A stretch of 52,951 nt of DNA from Octopus sinensis (GCF_006345805.1 NW_021833906.1:1-52951), one strand, 5' to 3'. Shown: positions 38,116 to 52,349, counted from the first letter of the stretch. Translations and numbers: made by a program. The notes: a model not told the origin generated them from the letters alone.

Positions 38116-38346
38116 TGAGGGGTTTGCGCAAAGTTCCTGGCTGCAGGTAAAAGAAAATACAAGAGGACCAGTTAATTATGATTTTATTATTCAACATGTT
38201 CCCCGTTCCCCCCTTCAGGTTCACACACTTATTGCAGCAGTCCTTCAGTTTTTTTGCTAAGCCCTCCAAAAGAACTGAGAAGGTTTGGCATCCAATCAGG
38301 CCTTTTGCGATTCTTTTAAAGGCCAGGAACTTTTTAGCACCCCTCC
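38116..38346. mobile_element. Mariner-type MITE
   Basis: TA then TGAGGGGTTTGCGCAAAGTTCCTGGC at the left; GCCAGGAACTTTTTAGCACCCCTC at the right (imperfect ~25-bp TIRs). Confidence 0.7.
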
Positions 38347-39054
38347 TCTCTCTCCTCCTCATTGTCATCATCGTTGTTGTCATCATCATCGTTAGTGTTG
38401 CTGTCTTCATCATTATCATCATCATCGTTATCATCATCGTCATCATCGTCATCATCATCGTCGTCATTATCATCATCATTAGATTGACCCAAGTACGCAA
38501 CTGGTACTTAATTTATCGATCCCAAAAGGATGAAAGGCAAAGTCGACCTTGGCGGAATTTGAACTCAGAACATAAAGACAGACGAAAAACCTGGCGTGCT
38601 AGCATTTCTTATTTCTTTACTACCCACAAGAGGCTAAACACAGAGGGGACAAACAAGGAAAGACAAAGGGATTAAGTCAATTACATCGACACCAGTGTGT
38701 AACTGGTACTTATTTAATCGACCCCGAAAGGATGAAAGGTAAAGTCGACCTTGGTGTAATTTGAACTCAGAACGTAACGGCAGACAAAGTACCGCTAAGC
38801 ATTTTGCCTGGTGTGCTAACGTTTCTGCCAACTCACTGCCTTTCATGCTTAGAAGAAATATCATCATAAAACTTTTGTGCTTTGACAAGGTTTGTGTCCC
38901 CTACTTTCTGACTGATTTGTCTGTAATTTCTCTTTCCTTAATTTTGGGGTCTTCGGTGCATTTTTTGGGGAGTAGTTTTGAGTCAGCATTTTATGTTTAA
39001 AAGCATTAATTCTGAGTGGGAATGATTTGTTAGTAAAGTTAATTCAACTGGATT

Positions 39055-39200
39055 CCCTATCTGTCTGCTTTATCTGTCTTCCCTTCTGTTCATCTGTCTG
39101 TCCATCTGTTCATCTGTCCATTTGTTTATCTGTTCTGTCTGTTTGTCCATTTGTCTGTCTACTAATCTCTCAGTTTGTACCCCATCCATCCATCCGTCTG

Positions 39201-39255
<55 letters not shown>

Positions 39256-39264
39256 GTTTGTCTG

Positions 39265-39322
<58 letters not shown>

Positions 39323-39433
39323 AATCTGTCTATCTGTCTGTTTGTCTGTCTGCTTGTCTGTCTGTTTATCATCTATCTATCTATCCATCTTATCTTTCTA
39401 TCTATCTGTTGATCTCTATCTATCCATCTGTCA

Positions 39434-39488
<55 letters not shown>

Positions 39489-39497
39489 CATCTGTCC

Positions 39498-39559
<62 letters not shown>

Positions 39560-39562
39560 TTG

Positions 39563-39611
<49 letters not shown>

Positions 39612-39614
39612 TTG

Positions 39615-39680
<66 letters not shown>

Positions 39681-39784
39681 CCTACCTATCTATCTATCAA
39701 TCTATCTATCTATCTATTGTTTCCTCCATCCATCCGTTCGTCTGTCTGTCTGTCTATCTATCCATCTTATCTATCTATCTATCT

Positions 39785-39824
<40 letters not shown>

Positions 39825-39855
39825 TTTCCTCCCTCCTCCCTCCACCTATCCATCT
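39055..39855. repeat. (TATC)n/(TGTC)n tetranucleotide microsatellite
   Basis: Directly visible; explains the LSIY ORFs. Confidence 0.95.
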
Positions 39856-40148
39856 AAACACCTCCCTATCTCTGGCACCTCTGCAGACCATCTCGTTAAA
39901 CACTGAAACCTAAACGACCAATGAAACTCAAACTGTCAGGAATTTTCTGATTCTTCATATCTCAGCATTTAATTAATGCCAATTTCTTGTGCTGCCATAA
40001 ACCACAGCTGCAAAGATGTCAAGCCCACAACTCTTGGAGAACATTGAATAACTACCTCTGGACATGCTTCCAAAATCGAAAGACAGCGCAGTACACATCA
40101 CTTTCAGAAACATTTTGTTTATCAGGATCAGAAACTGTCCAACTAAAA

Positions 40149-40597
40149 CAGGGGTTCTCAACCCCCAATTTTTTTTTTTTACCTGCAGATCTCTTTTAAT
40201 ACCTGTTTTAATCTGTTGGACCCATTATAGTCATTCAATGTTTAAAAAAAGAACCTATTCATCCTCATGATGACGATGACGATGATGATGAGGATTATGT
40301 TGATGGTGTTGATGATGATGAGGATGATGATGATGATGATGATTATGTTGATGGTGATGATGATGTCGATGATGATGAGGATTATGTTGATGGTGTTGAT
40401 GATGATGAGGATGATGATGATGATGATGATTATGTTGATGGTGATGATGATGTCGATGATGATGAGGATTATGTTGATGGTGTTGATGATGATGATGGTG
40501 ATGATGATGATGATGATTATGTTGATGGTGATGATGATGTCGATGATGATGAGGATTATGTTGATGGTGTTGATGATGATGATGGTGATGATGGTGT

Positions 40598-40634
<37 letters not shown>

Positions 40635-40874
40635 CACCATCGTCGTTGTCGTTGTCATCATCATCATCATCATCACTCCCACCACAAGAGTTGGTGATGG
40701 TGGTAGTGGTGGTGGGGTTACCAGATTGCAAAGATACAGAGGGACAGGGCTGTGTGGGGAGGGAGAGCTAAGCCTAATGTATGAAGGAGGGAATAGCAAC
40801 GATATGTAAATTTTAACAAGAATAACTTATGTGGGACCTGCAAGGAGCATATGGGCCCTGGATGAGAATCACTG
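40149..40874. mobile_element. hAT-like MITE interrupted by an 87-bp-period ATG-based minisatellite
   Basis: Ends CAGGGGTTCTCAACC and GGATGAGAATCACTG; degenerate 8-bp flanks AACTAAAA and GAATAAAG. AGGATTATGT recurs at 40291, 40378, 40465 and 40552. Confidence 0.6.
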
Positions 40875-40987
40875 GAATAAAGTCAGCATCAAAGATGGAC
40901 ATTAAAAGAATGATGATGAGATGATAAGAATGTGGAAAAATTACTATTTATAAATCTCACAACGAGAGATATTCAGCAACAGGACTT

Positions 40988-41490
40988 TGTAGTAAAGATT
41001 GTTTGTCAACATAATATGGCAGTCCTGGTTTAGGACGAATGTTGCTGTAATTTAGCCCCATTGTCTCCAGCTGGCTATATGACACAATCTGTGTCCTTAT
41101 ATTTTCGAACAAGGGAGTCTAGCTCCCTTATCCAGCTCAAAAACAATATCTGTGTATTGCGATTTTCAGGGTATTTCTCTTCATCAGCACAGAATAATTG
41201 TTTGGCTAGAGGTGTCACTTTGCAAACTATATATTTCGAATGGGAATTTGGCAGTGCCACCTCTAGCCGAACGATTATTCTGTGCTGATGAAGGGAAATA
41301 ACCTGGAAATCGCGATACACAGATATTGTTTTGGGCTGAGTGGGGGTGCTAGATTCCCTTGTTCGAAAATATAAGGACACAGATTGTGTGTTATGGCCAG
41401 CTGGAGACGATGTCTCCCGGGGCTAAATTACAGTAACATTTGTCCTAAACCAGGACTGCCATGTTATGTTGGCAAATAATCTTTACTACA
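40988..41490. mobile_element. ~500-bp fold-back element with a hammerhead in each arm
   Basis: Arms 40988-~41228 and ~41245-41490 are reverse complements; hammerheads at 41279-41323(+) and 41149-41193(-). Confidence 0.88.
41279..41323 (+). ncRNA. Minimal type I hammerhead ribozyme
   Basis: UCUGUG CUGAUGA AGG-GAAAUAA-CCU G GAAA UCGCGA UA CACAGA. 6-bp stem I, palindromic stem III AUCGCGAU, NUH = AUA (cut after 41317). Confidence 0.8.
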
Positions 41491-41494
41491 TGAT

Positions 41495-41580
41495 AAGAAT
41501 GGTTGGAACATGGAATGATCTACCCAGCTCAGTTGTTAGCTGTCAGGACACGGCAATCTTCAAATATTCTATGCTTACAG
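41495..41580 (+). mobile_element. CR1-type LINE ORF2 C-terminal remnant
   Basis: RMVGTWNDLPSSVVSCQDTAIFK resembles the R.V..WN.LP..VV......FK motif at CR1/L2 ORF2 ends. Confidence 0.6.
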
Positions 41581-41669
41581 AAAGACTTTGGTTAATTCTA
41601 CTCATGGCAAGGTCTTGGACCCATCCTATTCTATGGCTCTTTTATCCCTTTTTTTTTCTTATTATTTGA

Positions 41670-41849
41670 ATCAGTCATTTGACTGTGGCCATGCTAGAGC
41701 ACTGCCTTTTGTTGAAGAAATCAACCCCCAGAACTTATTTTTGTAAGCCTAGTACTTATCCTATCAGTCTCTTTGCTGAATCACTAAGTTACGGGGACGT
41801 AAACACACCACCATCGGTAGTCAAGCGATGGTGAGGGGGGGGGCACCAC

Positions 41850-41882
<33 letters not shown>

Positions 41883-42122
41883 AACATACACACACAAACA
41901 CACACACACATATACACACACAAACACACACACACATACACACACATACACACACATATGATGGGCTTCTTTCAGTTTCCGTCTACAAAATTCACCCACA
42001 AGGCTTTGGTCAGCCCAAGGCTATAGTAGAAGACATTTGCCCAAGGTGTCGAACAGTGGGACTGAACCAGGAACCATGTGTTTGGTAAGCAAGCTACTTT
42101 ACCACTCAGCCATGCCTGCACC
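41670..42122 (-). mobile_element. SINE family A copy
   Basis: Reverse complement of the 9383 element with an internal (CA)n. 3' halves also at ~47270-47500(+) and ~52470-52680(-). Confidence 0.85.
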
Positions 42123-42197
42123 TATATAACATATAGGTATATATATATATGTATATACGTATACATATGTATATGTATATGTATATATATATATATG

Positions 42198-42242
<45 letters not shown>

Positions 42243-42604
42243 CATCGGTTGTCAAGTGATGGTAGGGGTAGGACACAAACACACACAGTGTGGTTGAGAA
42301 GCAAGCTACTTTACCACACAGCCACTGCTGCTCTTTATATATTGTTCACTCTTCTCTCTCTCCTCTGACTGCCCCTCTGGCTAATATTCCTCTCTCTTTC
42401 TCTTTCATTTCTCAATTTATTTGCTTTCTTTTCTTTTCTTTTATTGTTTTGCCATAATTCAAGTCGTGCTGCACCTGAGCTCCGTGTGCAACAAGCTAAT
42501 TATCATTGCTGCTGCTGCTGTCTTTATTGTTGTTGTTGTTGTCGTTGTCGTTGTTCTTGCCATTGTCATCATTGTTACCATCTTCCTACTCCTCCTCCTG
42601 ATCA

Positions 42605-42631
42605 TCATCTCATCATCACCATCATCACCAC

Positions 42632-42667
<36 letters not shown>

Positions 42668-42697
42668 TTTCATTGCCTTCATCATCACCATCATCAC

Positions 42698-42736
<39 letters not shown>

Positions 42737-42846
42737 TTTCATTGCCTTCATCATCACCATCATCACCATCATCACCATCATCACATCATCAATCATCATC
42801 ATCATCATTTTCATTGCCTCATCATCACCATCATCACCACATCATC

Positions 42847-42879
<33 letters not shown>

Positions 42880-42909
42880 TTTCATTGCCTTCATCATCAC
42901 CATCATCAC

Positions 42910-42951
<42 letters not shown>

Positions 42952-42980
42952 TTTCATTGCCTTCATCATCACATCATCAC

Positions 42981-43016
<36 letters not shown>

Positions 43017-43231
43017 TCATCATTTTCATTGCCTCATCATCACACCATCATCACCATCATCATCATCATCATCATCATTTTCATTGCCTTCATCATCACC
43101 ATCATCACCATCATCATCATCATCACATCATCATCATCATCATCATCATTTTCATTGCTTCATCATCACCATCATCACCATCATCAACATCATCATCATC
43201 ATTTTCATTGCTTCATCATCACCATCATCAC

Positions 43232-43267
<36 letters not shown>

Positions 43268-43297
43268 TTTCATTGCCTTCATCATCACCATCATCAC

Positions 43298-43339
<42 letters not shown>

Positions 43340-43369
43340 TTTCATTGCCTTCATCATCACCATCATCAC

Positions 43370-43411
<42 letters not shown>

Positions 43412-43495
43412 TTTCATTGCCTTCATCATCACCATCATCACCATCATCATCATCATCATCATCATTTTCATTGCCTTCATCATCACCATCATCAC

Positions 43496-43537
<42 letters not shown>

Positions 43538-43681
43538 TTTCATTGCCTTCATCATCACCATCATCACCATCATCATCATCATCATCATCATCATCATTTT
43601 CATTGCCTTCATCATCACCATCATCACCATCATCAACATCATCATCATCATTTTCATTGCCTTCATCATCACCATCATCAC

Positions 43682-43717
<36 letters not shown>

Positions 43718-43749
43718 TTTCATTGCCTTCATCATCACACCATCATCAC

Positions 43750-43788
<39 letters not shown>

Positions 43789-44032
43789 TTCATTGCCTTC
43801 ATCATCACCATCATCACCATCATCATCATCATCATCTCATCATCATCATCATCATTTTCATTGCCTTCATCATCACCATCATCACCCATCATCCATCATC
43901 TCATCATCATCATCATCATCATTTTCATTGCCTTCATCACACATCATCACCATCATCATCATCATCATCCATCATCATCATATCATTTTCATTGCCTTCA
44001 TCATCACCATCATCACCATCATCATCATCATC

Positions 44033-44092
<60 letters not shown>

Positions 44093-44122
44093 TTTCATTG
44101 CCTTCATCATCACCATCATCAC

Positions 44123-44158
<36 letters not shown>

Positions 44159-44201
44159 TTTCATTGCCTTCATCATCACCATCATCACCATCATCATCAT
44201 C

Positions 44202-44232
<31 letters not shown>

Positions 44233-44519
44233 TTTTCATTGGCCTTCATCATCACCATCATCACCATCATCACCATCATCACCATCATCAACATCATCAT
44301 CATCATTTTCATTGCCTTCATCATCACCATCATCACCATCATCATCATCATCATCATCACATCATCATCATCATCATCATCACATCATTTTCATTGCCTT
44401 CATCATCACCATCATCACCATCATCATCAATCATCATCATCATCATCATCATCATTTTCATTGCCTTCATCATCAACCATCATCACCACTCATCATCATC
44501 ATCATCATCATCATCATCA

Positions 44520-44552
<33 letters not shown>

Positions 44553-44587
44553 TTTCATTGCCTTCATCACATCATCACCATCATCAC

Positions 44588-44644
<57 letters not shown>

Positions 44645-44920
44645 TTTCATTGCCCTTATCATCACCATCATCATCACCATCATCTCATCATCATATCATC
44701 ATCATCATCATCAATCATCATCATCAGCTCATCATTTTCATTGCCTTCATCATCACCATCATCACCATCATCACCATCATCATCATCATCATCATCATCA
44801 TTGTCGTCGTCATCATCACCACCACCACCATCCTAATCCTCTTCCTCCTCTCCTCATCATCATCGTTGTCGTCATCATCATCATCATCATTTTCATTGCC
44901 TTCATCATCACCATCATCAC

Positions 44921-44956
<36 letters not shown>

Positions 44957-44986
44957 TTTCATTGCCTTCATCATCACCATCATCAC

Positions 44987-45022
<36 letters not shown>

Positions 45023-45124
45023 TTTCATTGCCTTCATCATCACCATCATCACCATCATCACCATCATCACCATCATCAACATCATCATCATCATTTTCAT
45101 TGCCTTCATCATCACCATCATCAC

Positions 45125-45166
<42 letters not shown>

Positions 45167-45196
45167 TTTCATTGCCTTCATCATCACCATCATCAC

Positions 45197-45232
<36 letters not shown>

Positions 45233-45349
45233 TTTCATTGCCTTCATCATCACCATCATCACCATCATCATCATCATCATCATATCATCATCATCATCAA
45301 TCATCATCATCATCATCATCATCATCATTTTCATTGCCTTCATCATCAC

Positions 45350-45402
<53 letters not shown>

Positions 45403-45626
45403 ATCATCATCATCATCATCATCATCATCATTTTCATTGCTTCATCATCACCATCATCACCATCATCATCATCATCATCATCATCATATCATCATCATCA
45501 TCATCATTTTCATTGCCTTCATCATCACCATCATCACCATCATCACCATCATCATCATCATCATCATCATCATCATATCATCATCATCATCATCATTTTC
45601 ATTGCCTTCATCATCACCATCATCAC

Positions 45627-45680
<54 letters not shown>

Positions 45681-45719
45681 TTTCATTGCCTTCATCATCA
45701 CCATCATCACCATCATCAC

Positions 45720-45779
<60 letters not shown>

Positions 45780-45809
45780 TTTCATTGCCTTCATCATCAC
45801 CATCATCAC

Positions 45810-45863
<54 letters not shown>

Positions 45864-45902
45864 TTTCATTGCCTTCATCATCACCATCATCACCATCATC
45901 AC

Positions 45903-45965
<63 letters not shown>

Positions 45966-45995
45966 TTTCATTGCCTTCATCATCACCATCATCAC

Positions 45996-46028
<33 letters not shown>

Positions 46029-46066
46029 TTCATTGCCTTCATCATCATCATCATCACCATCATCAC

Positions 46067-46135
<69 letters not shown>

Positions 46136-46270
46136 TTTCATTGCCTTCATCATCACCATCATCATCATCATCATCATCATCATTGTCGTCGTCATCATCA
46201 CCACCACCACCATCCTAATCCTCTTCCTCCTCCTCCTCATCATCATCGTTGTCGTCATCATCATCATTAT
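42605..46270. repeat. Compound satellite: ~45 units of TTTTCATTGCCTTCATCATCACCATCATCACC(ATC)n
   Basis: Constant linker with a variable-length (ATC)n; the 1265- and 1326-aa ORFs arise because ATC/TCA/CAT contain no stop codon. Confidence 0.95.
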
Positions 46271-46778
46271 CACTGCCATCATCATTACCACCACCACCAC
46301 CACCACCACCACCACCACCCTAATCTCCTCCTCCTCCTTCTCCTTCTTCTTCTTCTTCTTCTTCTTCTTCTTCTTCTTCATCTTCTTCTTCTTCTTCTTG
46401 TTATTATCAGGAAGAGAGGAATAAAGAGAGAAAAAAAGAGAAAATTCTCTTTTTTTTTCTTTTTTTCTCTTTCTTTATTCCCCTCTTCCTGTTTTCGATT
46501 TGACCTTACAAACACATTCCCTACTTTTAGGTCACCTTAAATAAAACCCTTGATTCAATAACACTGTGTTTAAACTCTATACTTGGAATGACCAATTTTA
46601 AATACTATTGGATTTTACTCATAACATATTGGAATCTTATATGTATACCATTCCACCTAAATAACGGATCTACAAATGCAATATCCCTGCATATCTCACA
46701 TCTATTATCAATCCTCCACCTCACTCTCTATTTTGTATCTTATCTACATTAACTACTACTTAACCATCCTCTCATACC

Positions 46779-46826
46779 GTCTCCGATGAAGGGATATAAT
46801 AAATATCCTGGAAACAGCTGTAAGAC
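46779..46826 (+). ncRNA. Minimal hammerhead ribozyme, same family as 30947 (core variant CCGAUGA)
   Basis: GUCU CCGAUGA A GGGAUAU-AAUAA-AUAUCCU G GAAA CAGCUG UA AGAC; the downstream ~70 bp match 30999-31066. Confidence 0.65.
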
Positions 46827-46895
46827 CTTCTATTTATAAATGTTCTAAAATCTACACAGCCTTGGTTTTTTATCTCATTATGGAAAAATCTTTTT

Positions 46896-46979
<84 letters not shown>

Positions 46980-46989
46980 CATTCATATA

Positions 46990-47171
46990 TATATAAGAAA
47001 TTAAAAAAGGGAAATACACACACTTACATAGTATTAATATAATTTTTAATATATCGGCCGGTTTCGCTATCGCTATTCATGATATTATGTTTATCAAAAC
47101 CGGTCGATATATTAAAAATTATATTAAAACTATGTAAGTGTGCATATTTTCCTTTTTTAATTTCTTATATA
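46990..47171. repeat. ~180-bp AT-rich palindrome with a hammerhead 3'-half remnant
   Basis: Arms 46990-47064 and 47097-47171; the inner ends read (G/A)AAACCGG(T/C)C GAT on each strand. Confidence 0.7.
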
Positions 47172-47217
47172 CATTACAACTCACCACGTGGGGATAATTG
47201 AAATTCCTCTTTTCTGT

Positions 47218-47267
<50 letters not shown>

Positions 47268-47674
47268 ATATTTGTGTGTGTGTCTTTGCATCTGTGTTTG
47301 TCCCCCACCAGTTCTTGACAAGCAGTGCTGGTGTTTTTATGTCTCTGTAACTGAGTGCTTCAGCAAAACAGACTGATAGAATATGTACCAGCCTTAAGAA
47401 TAAACGATGGGGGTCAATTCATTCAAGAAAAATTCTTTAACGCTGTGCCCCTGCATGGCCACAACCAAATGTCTTAAACAAGTAAACAAATAAAAGACAA
47501 AAGATATAAATTCATCAATAATAAAACGACTAACCCATGCTAGCACCGAAAAATGGATGTAAAAATGGCTCGAATACATTTGATGAATTAATTAGGATCT
47601 AATTAGATTCTAGGTTAAATGTAACAAAATGGCTGGCCTTGAAAATGGAGAGATGAATTTCTTCTTTTTTTTCA

Positions 47675-48325
47675 TCAACATCAAATAAAAATCAATAGAA
47701 ATTGTAATTGTGGCACCTGTGTCAGTAGCATGTAAAAAGCACCATCCGAACGTGGTCGATGCCAGTGCCACCTTGACTGGCGTCCATGCCAGCGGCAAAT
47801 AAAAAGCACCAACCAATCATGGCTGTTTGCCAGCCTCCTTTGGCCCCTGTGCCAGTGTCACCTAAAAAGCACCCACTACATTCACGGAGTGGTTGGCATT
47901 AGGAAAGGCATCCAGCTGTAGAAACACTGTCAAATCAGACTGGAGCCTGGTGCAGCCTCCTGGCTTGCCAGATCCCGGTCAAACCATCCAACCCATGCTA
48001 GCATGGAAAATGGATGTTGAATGATGATGAGGATTATATATATATATATATATATGCCTGGCTTCCGTGCCAGTGGCATGTAAAAAGCACCAACTGATCA
48101 TGGCCGTTGCCAGCCCTCCCCTGGCCCCTGTGCCGGTGGCATGTAAAAAGCACCCAATACACTCACAGAGTGGTTGGCGTTAGAAAGGGCATCCAGCTGT
48201 AGAAACACAGCCAGATCAGACTGGAGCCTGGTGCAGCCTCCTGGCTTCCCAGACCCCGGTCGAACCGTCCAACCCATGCTAGCATGGAAAACGGATGTCA
48301 AACGATGATGATAATGATGATGATG
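47675..48325 (+). mobile_element. Two tandem RTE-type LINE 3'UTR copies
   Basis: 47675-48030 and 48056-48325, each ending CCAACCCATGCTAGCATGGAAA..(GAT)n. Confidence 0.75.
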
Positions 48326-48574
48326 AATTTTTACTGTATTGAGTGCACAACATGTCTTATGTTGTGGCCTACATCTAAGAGAAATGGATGATGAGGATGC
48401 TGAGAAAGAGGCAGATGTTTAAACGAAATCATCTTTTGAATACCAGGATTCCAGTGCCGGGTTCAAGATTACTGATTGCCAAATTCTGTTTGATGGAACA
48501 TTCTGAATTTTTGATGTCTACCGAAGATAGTTCTGCAACGCTGGCTTCTTATCGTTGAACACTATCTATATTAT

Positions 48575-49655
48575 ATGCACATGCACACACACACACACAC
48601 ATGCATTATAGAGACACATATACGTTATAGTCACATACACACATTATAGACAAATATGCACACACGTATACGCAATTACATACTTGCGTGCAACTGCAGA
48701 GATATGCACGTCCGTGCACATTCTTAACCTCACTGTACAGATATGTGTGCACACAGACACATGCGTATACATGTGCATGCGTATGTGCACACACACACAC
48801 ATACACACATATACACATACACATACACACACGCACTTTCACACACATACGCACTTTCACACACATACACACACATACACACATACACATACTTTCACAC
48901 ACTCACACACACACAAACACGCACTCTCACACACACATACACTCACAAACACACACATTCACACATGCTCACACACAAGCACACACACATTCGCACACAC
49001 ATGCATACACATACACACACATACACATACTTTCACACACTCACACACTCATACACACAAACACACACTCACATACATACATACACTTTCACACAGACAC
49101 ACACACACAAACACACATGCTCTGTCTGTCTGTCTGTCTCTCTCTCACACACACATGCACACACTTTCACAGAATTACATTTCAGTCCGTATGTTTTGCA
49201 CACACATGCTTCTGCTTGGTTCATGCCTGGCATGCATACATCTGTTTGTCTGTCTGTCTGTCTGTCTGTTTGTCCCTTTATCTGTCCGTCTGTCCATTTA
49301 TCTGTCCATCCATCCATCCATCCATCCACCCACCCATCCATCCATCCACCCACCCATCCATCCATCCATCCATCCATCCATCCATTCATCCATCCACCCA
49401 CCCACCCACCCATCCATCCATCCATCCATCCATCCACCCACCCACCACCCACCCATCCATCCATCCACCATCCATCCATCCATCCATCTATCCACCACTC
49501 ACCCACCCACCCACCCATCCATCCATCCATCCATCCATCCATCCACCCATCCATCCATCCATCCATCCATTCATCCATCCATCAATCCACCCATCCATCC
49601 ATCCATCCATCCAAGACCCATCCATCCATCCATCCATCCATCTATCCATCCATCC

Positions 49656-49700
<45 letters not shown>

Positions 49701-49720
49701 CATGTCTATCTATCTACCTA
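48575..49720. repeat. (CA)n, (TCCA)n and (TATC)n microsatellites
   Basis: Directly visible. Confidence 0.95.
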
Positions 49721-50352
49721 TCATCATCATCATCATTTTGCATGCTAGCATGGGTTGGACGATTTGACTGCAGACTGGCAAACCAGATGGCTGCACCACA
49801 CTACAATCTTATCTGGCAGAGTTTCTGCCCTTCATAACGCCAACCACTCCAAGAGTGTAGTGGGTGCATTTACATGCCACTGGCACGAGGGCCAATCAAG
49901 TGGTACTGGCAACACCCATGCTCAAATGGTGTTTTTTATGTGCCACCTGCACATGAGCCAGTCCAGCGGCACTGGCAATGACCTCACTTGGATGATTTTT
50001 TTCGCATGCCAGTAAGGTGATGCTGGTAACGATTCTGTTTGAATGATGCTTTTTATGTGCTATCAGCACAGAAGCCAGTTAGCTGCTCTGGTAACGATCA
50101 TGCTCAGATGGTGCTATTAGTGCTCCACTAGCATGGATGCCAGTCATTGAATTTGATTTTGATTTCATTGAATTTGATTTCGATTTCACTCGCCTCAACA
50201 GGTCTTCTCAAGCAGAGTTTAGTGTCCAAAGAAGGAAAGGTATGCATAAGTGGGCTGGTTACACCCCTGGCATAGGTCATGAGGTTATGGTCTCACTTGG
50301 CTTGCTGGGTCTTCTTATGCACTGCATATTTCTAAAGTTCTCGGTCACTAGT
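49721..50352 (-). mobile_element. RTE-type LINE 3' end including the ORF C-terminus
   Basis: Minus strand ~50352-50290 reads TSDREL*KYAVHKKTQQAK* (RTE-like DR..WR..V end), followed by the family 3'UTR and a (GAT)n tail. Confidence 0.7.
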
Positions 50353-51074
50353 CTATCTGTCTATCTATCTCTCTATCTCTCTATCTCTCTATCTCTCTAT
50401 CTCTCTATCTCTCTATCTATCTATCTCAATCTATCTATCTATCTGTCTCTCAATCTATCTATCTATCAGTCTATCTATCAATGAATAAATGAACGAATCA
50501 ATCAATCCTTCGATCTCTCCATCTAACTTAAGTATAAAGCCATACCTGTACAGTGGTGGATGCAGGGATGTTGCACCAGTTGCCTAGGCAACACCCTTTC
50601 TAACCACACTGACCCCCAAAAATAGGCAGGACCAGGTTTGATTCCCAGCAGTTTCACAGCATTACCCTCTCATATGTATATGGTCCCCTACAACAAAGAT
50701 ATATAAAAAGGGGTCCATTTGTTACTCCAATTTGGTTTCAGTCAGCACCAATTTGGCCCTAAATGAGCAAACCTATGACCAAAGGCAATCCAGCTATGAC
50801 CATCCCTTTATATTTCTTTCTCAAGACATGTACGCTTGACTACATTAGCCAGTGTTGTTTGAATCTGATTTGCAGTTGGCAGCAGAGTGTGTAGGTGTGT
50901 TTTGAGGAAGATTTGGTTGTTATTTCTAGCAGACCAAAATGGCTGCTTCAGTAGTCCCCTGTTGATACAAACAACTTAGAAGTTGTTTTGTTAGATAAAA
51001 GAAGCAGTGTTTTTCTTTAAAGTATCTTATCAAAACGATCTTAAACAGTAAAAGAAAAAACAAGAACAACAAAA

Positions 51075-51250
51075 AACTATATACATATGTATATATACAC
51101 ACAAATATATATATATATATATATATTATATACATACATACATACATACATACATACACACATGAAAACACACACAAATGTTTTATATATATACACAGGA
51201 AAACACAACATTCACCATCCCCATATATATATATATATATATATATATAA

Positions 51251-51295
<45 letters not shown>

Positions 51296-51767
51296 ACACA
51301 TGAAAACATACACAAACAGTCACCCACCCCCATATATATACACACACACACATACATAATCATAAATAAATATGTACTTATATATACATACGCATATGTA
51401 TCTACGTAGTTACACTCACATACATACATACGAATGTATATATAAACAATACACACATATGCACATATACATATGTATACATACATCAAAAGACATACAC
51501 ACACATATACAAACAATACATACGTATGTACATATACATACACAGATATACATACATATATCTATATAAACTACATAAACAACACACACACACACACACA
51601 TATATATATATGTAAACAGCACACACACACATACACACATAAGCACACACAGACACATACATACATGCACAGATAAACAATGCACATATATGCACATGCC
51701 TACTCACTCTCTCTCTCTCTCTCTCTTCCTGCCTTTTCCTCTCACACACTCTCACTCTGTGCCTTGC

Positions 51768-51802
<35 letters not shown>

Positions 51803-52225
51803 CTTGCTCTTTCTTTCTCTCTCTCTCTCTCTCCCTCTCTTTCTCTCTCACACCCACAAGGAAGCCTTCAATTAAATCCATCACAAGTTGTTTATACGAT
51901 GAAGGAAACATCAGCGAATAGTTATATACAACAGCCCTGACTTTGGTCAGATGCTGGCTCTGGCAGCCTCACTTATCTGTGCGTGTGTGTGTGTGGGTGT
52001 ATGTGTGTGTGTGTGTGTGTGTTTCTACATCAGTCAGTTTACAAACTGCGTATAGATATATTTGTATAAAAACTGTTGGGAAAATCCAAGATACATATAT
52101 ATATATATACATACGTGTGTGTATATATGTATTTAGATACATAAATTTATACATACATATAAATAATATACATATATATATATTTTATATGTATGTATAA
52201 ATATATATGTATATATATGTATATA

Positions 52226-52258
<33 letters not shown>

Positions 52259-52349
52259 CACCACATACATATATATATATATATATATATATCTATATGT
52301 ATTTATACATCTATGTATATATATGTGCCCATGAATCCATGAATGTGTG

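Noticed and set aside
42421-46540. 1265-aa, 1326-aa, 542-aa and 367-aa ORFs
   Set aside because: Poly-S/H/I translations of an (ATC)n satellite that lacks stop codons on +; non-ATG starts and constant frame switching.
48684-49837. ~360-aa ORFs in three frames
   Set aside because: Translations of (CA)n, (TCCA)n and (TATC)n microsatellites.
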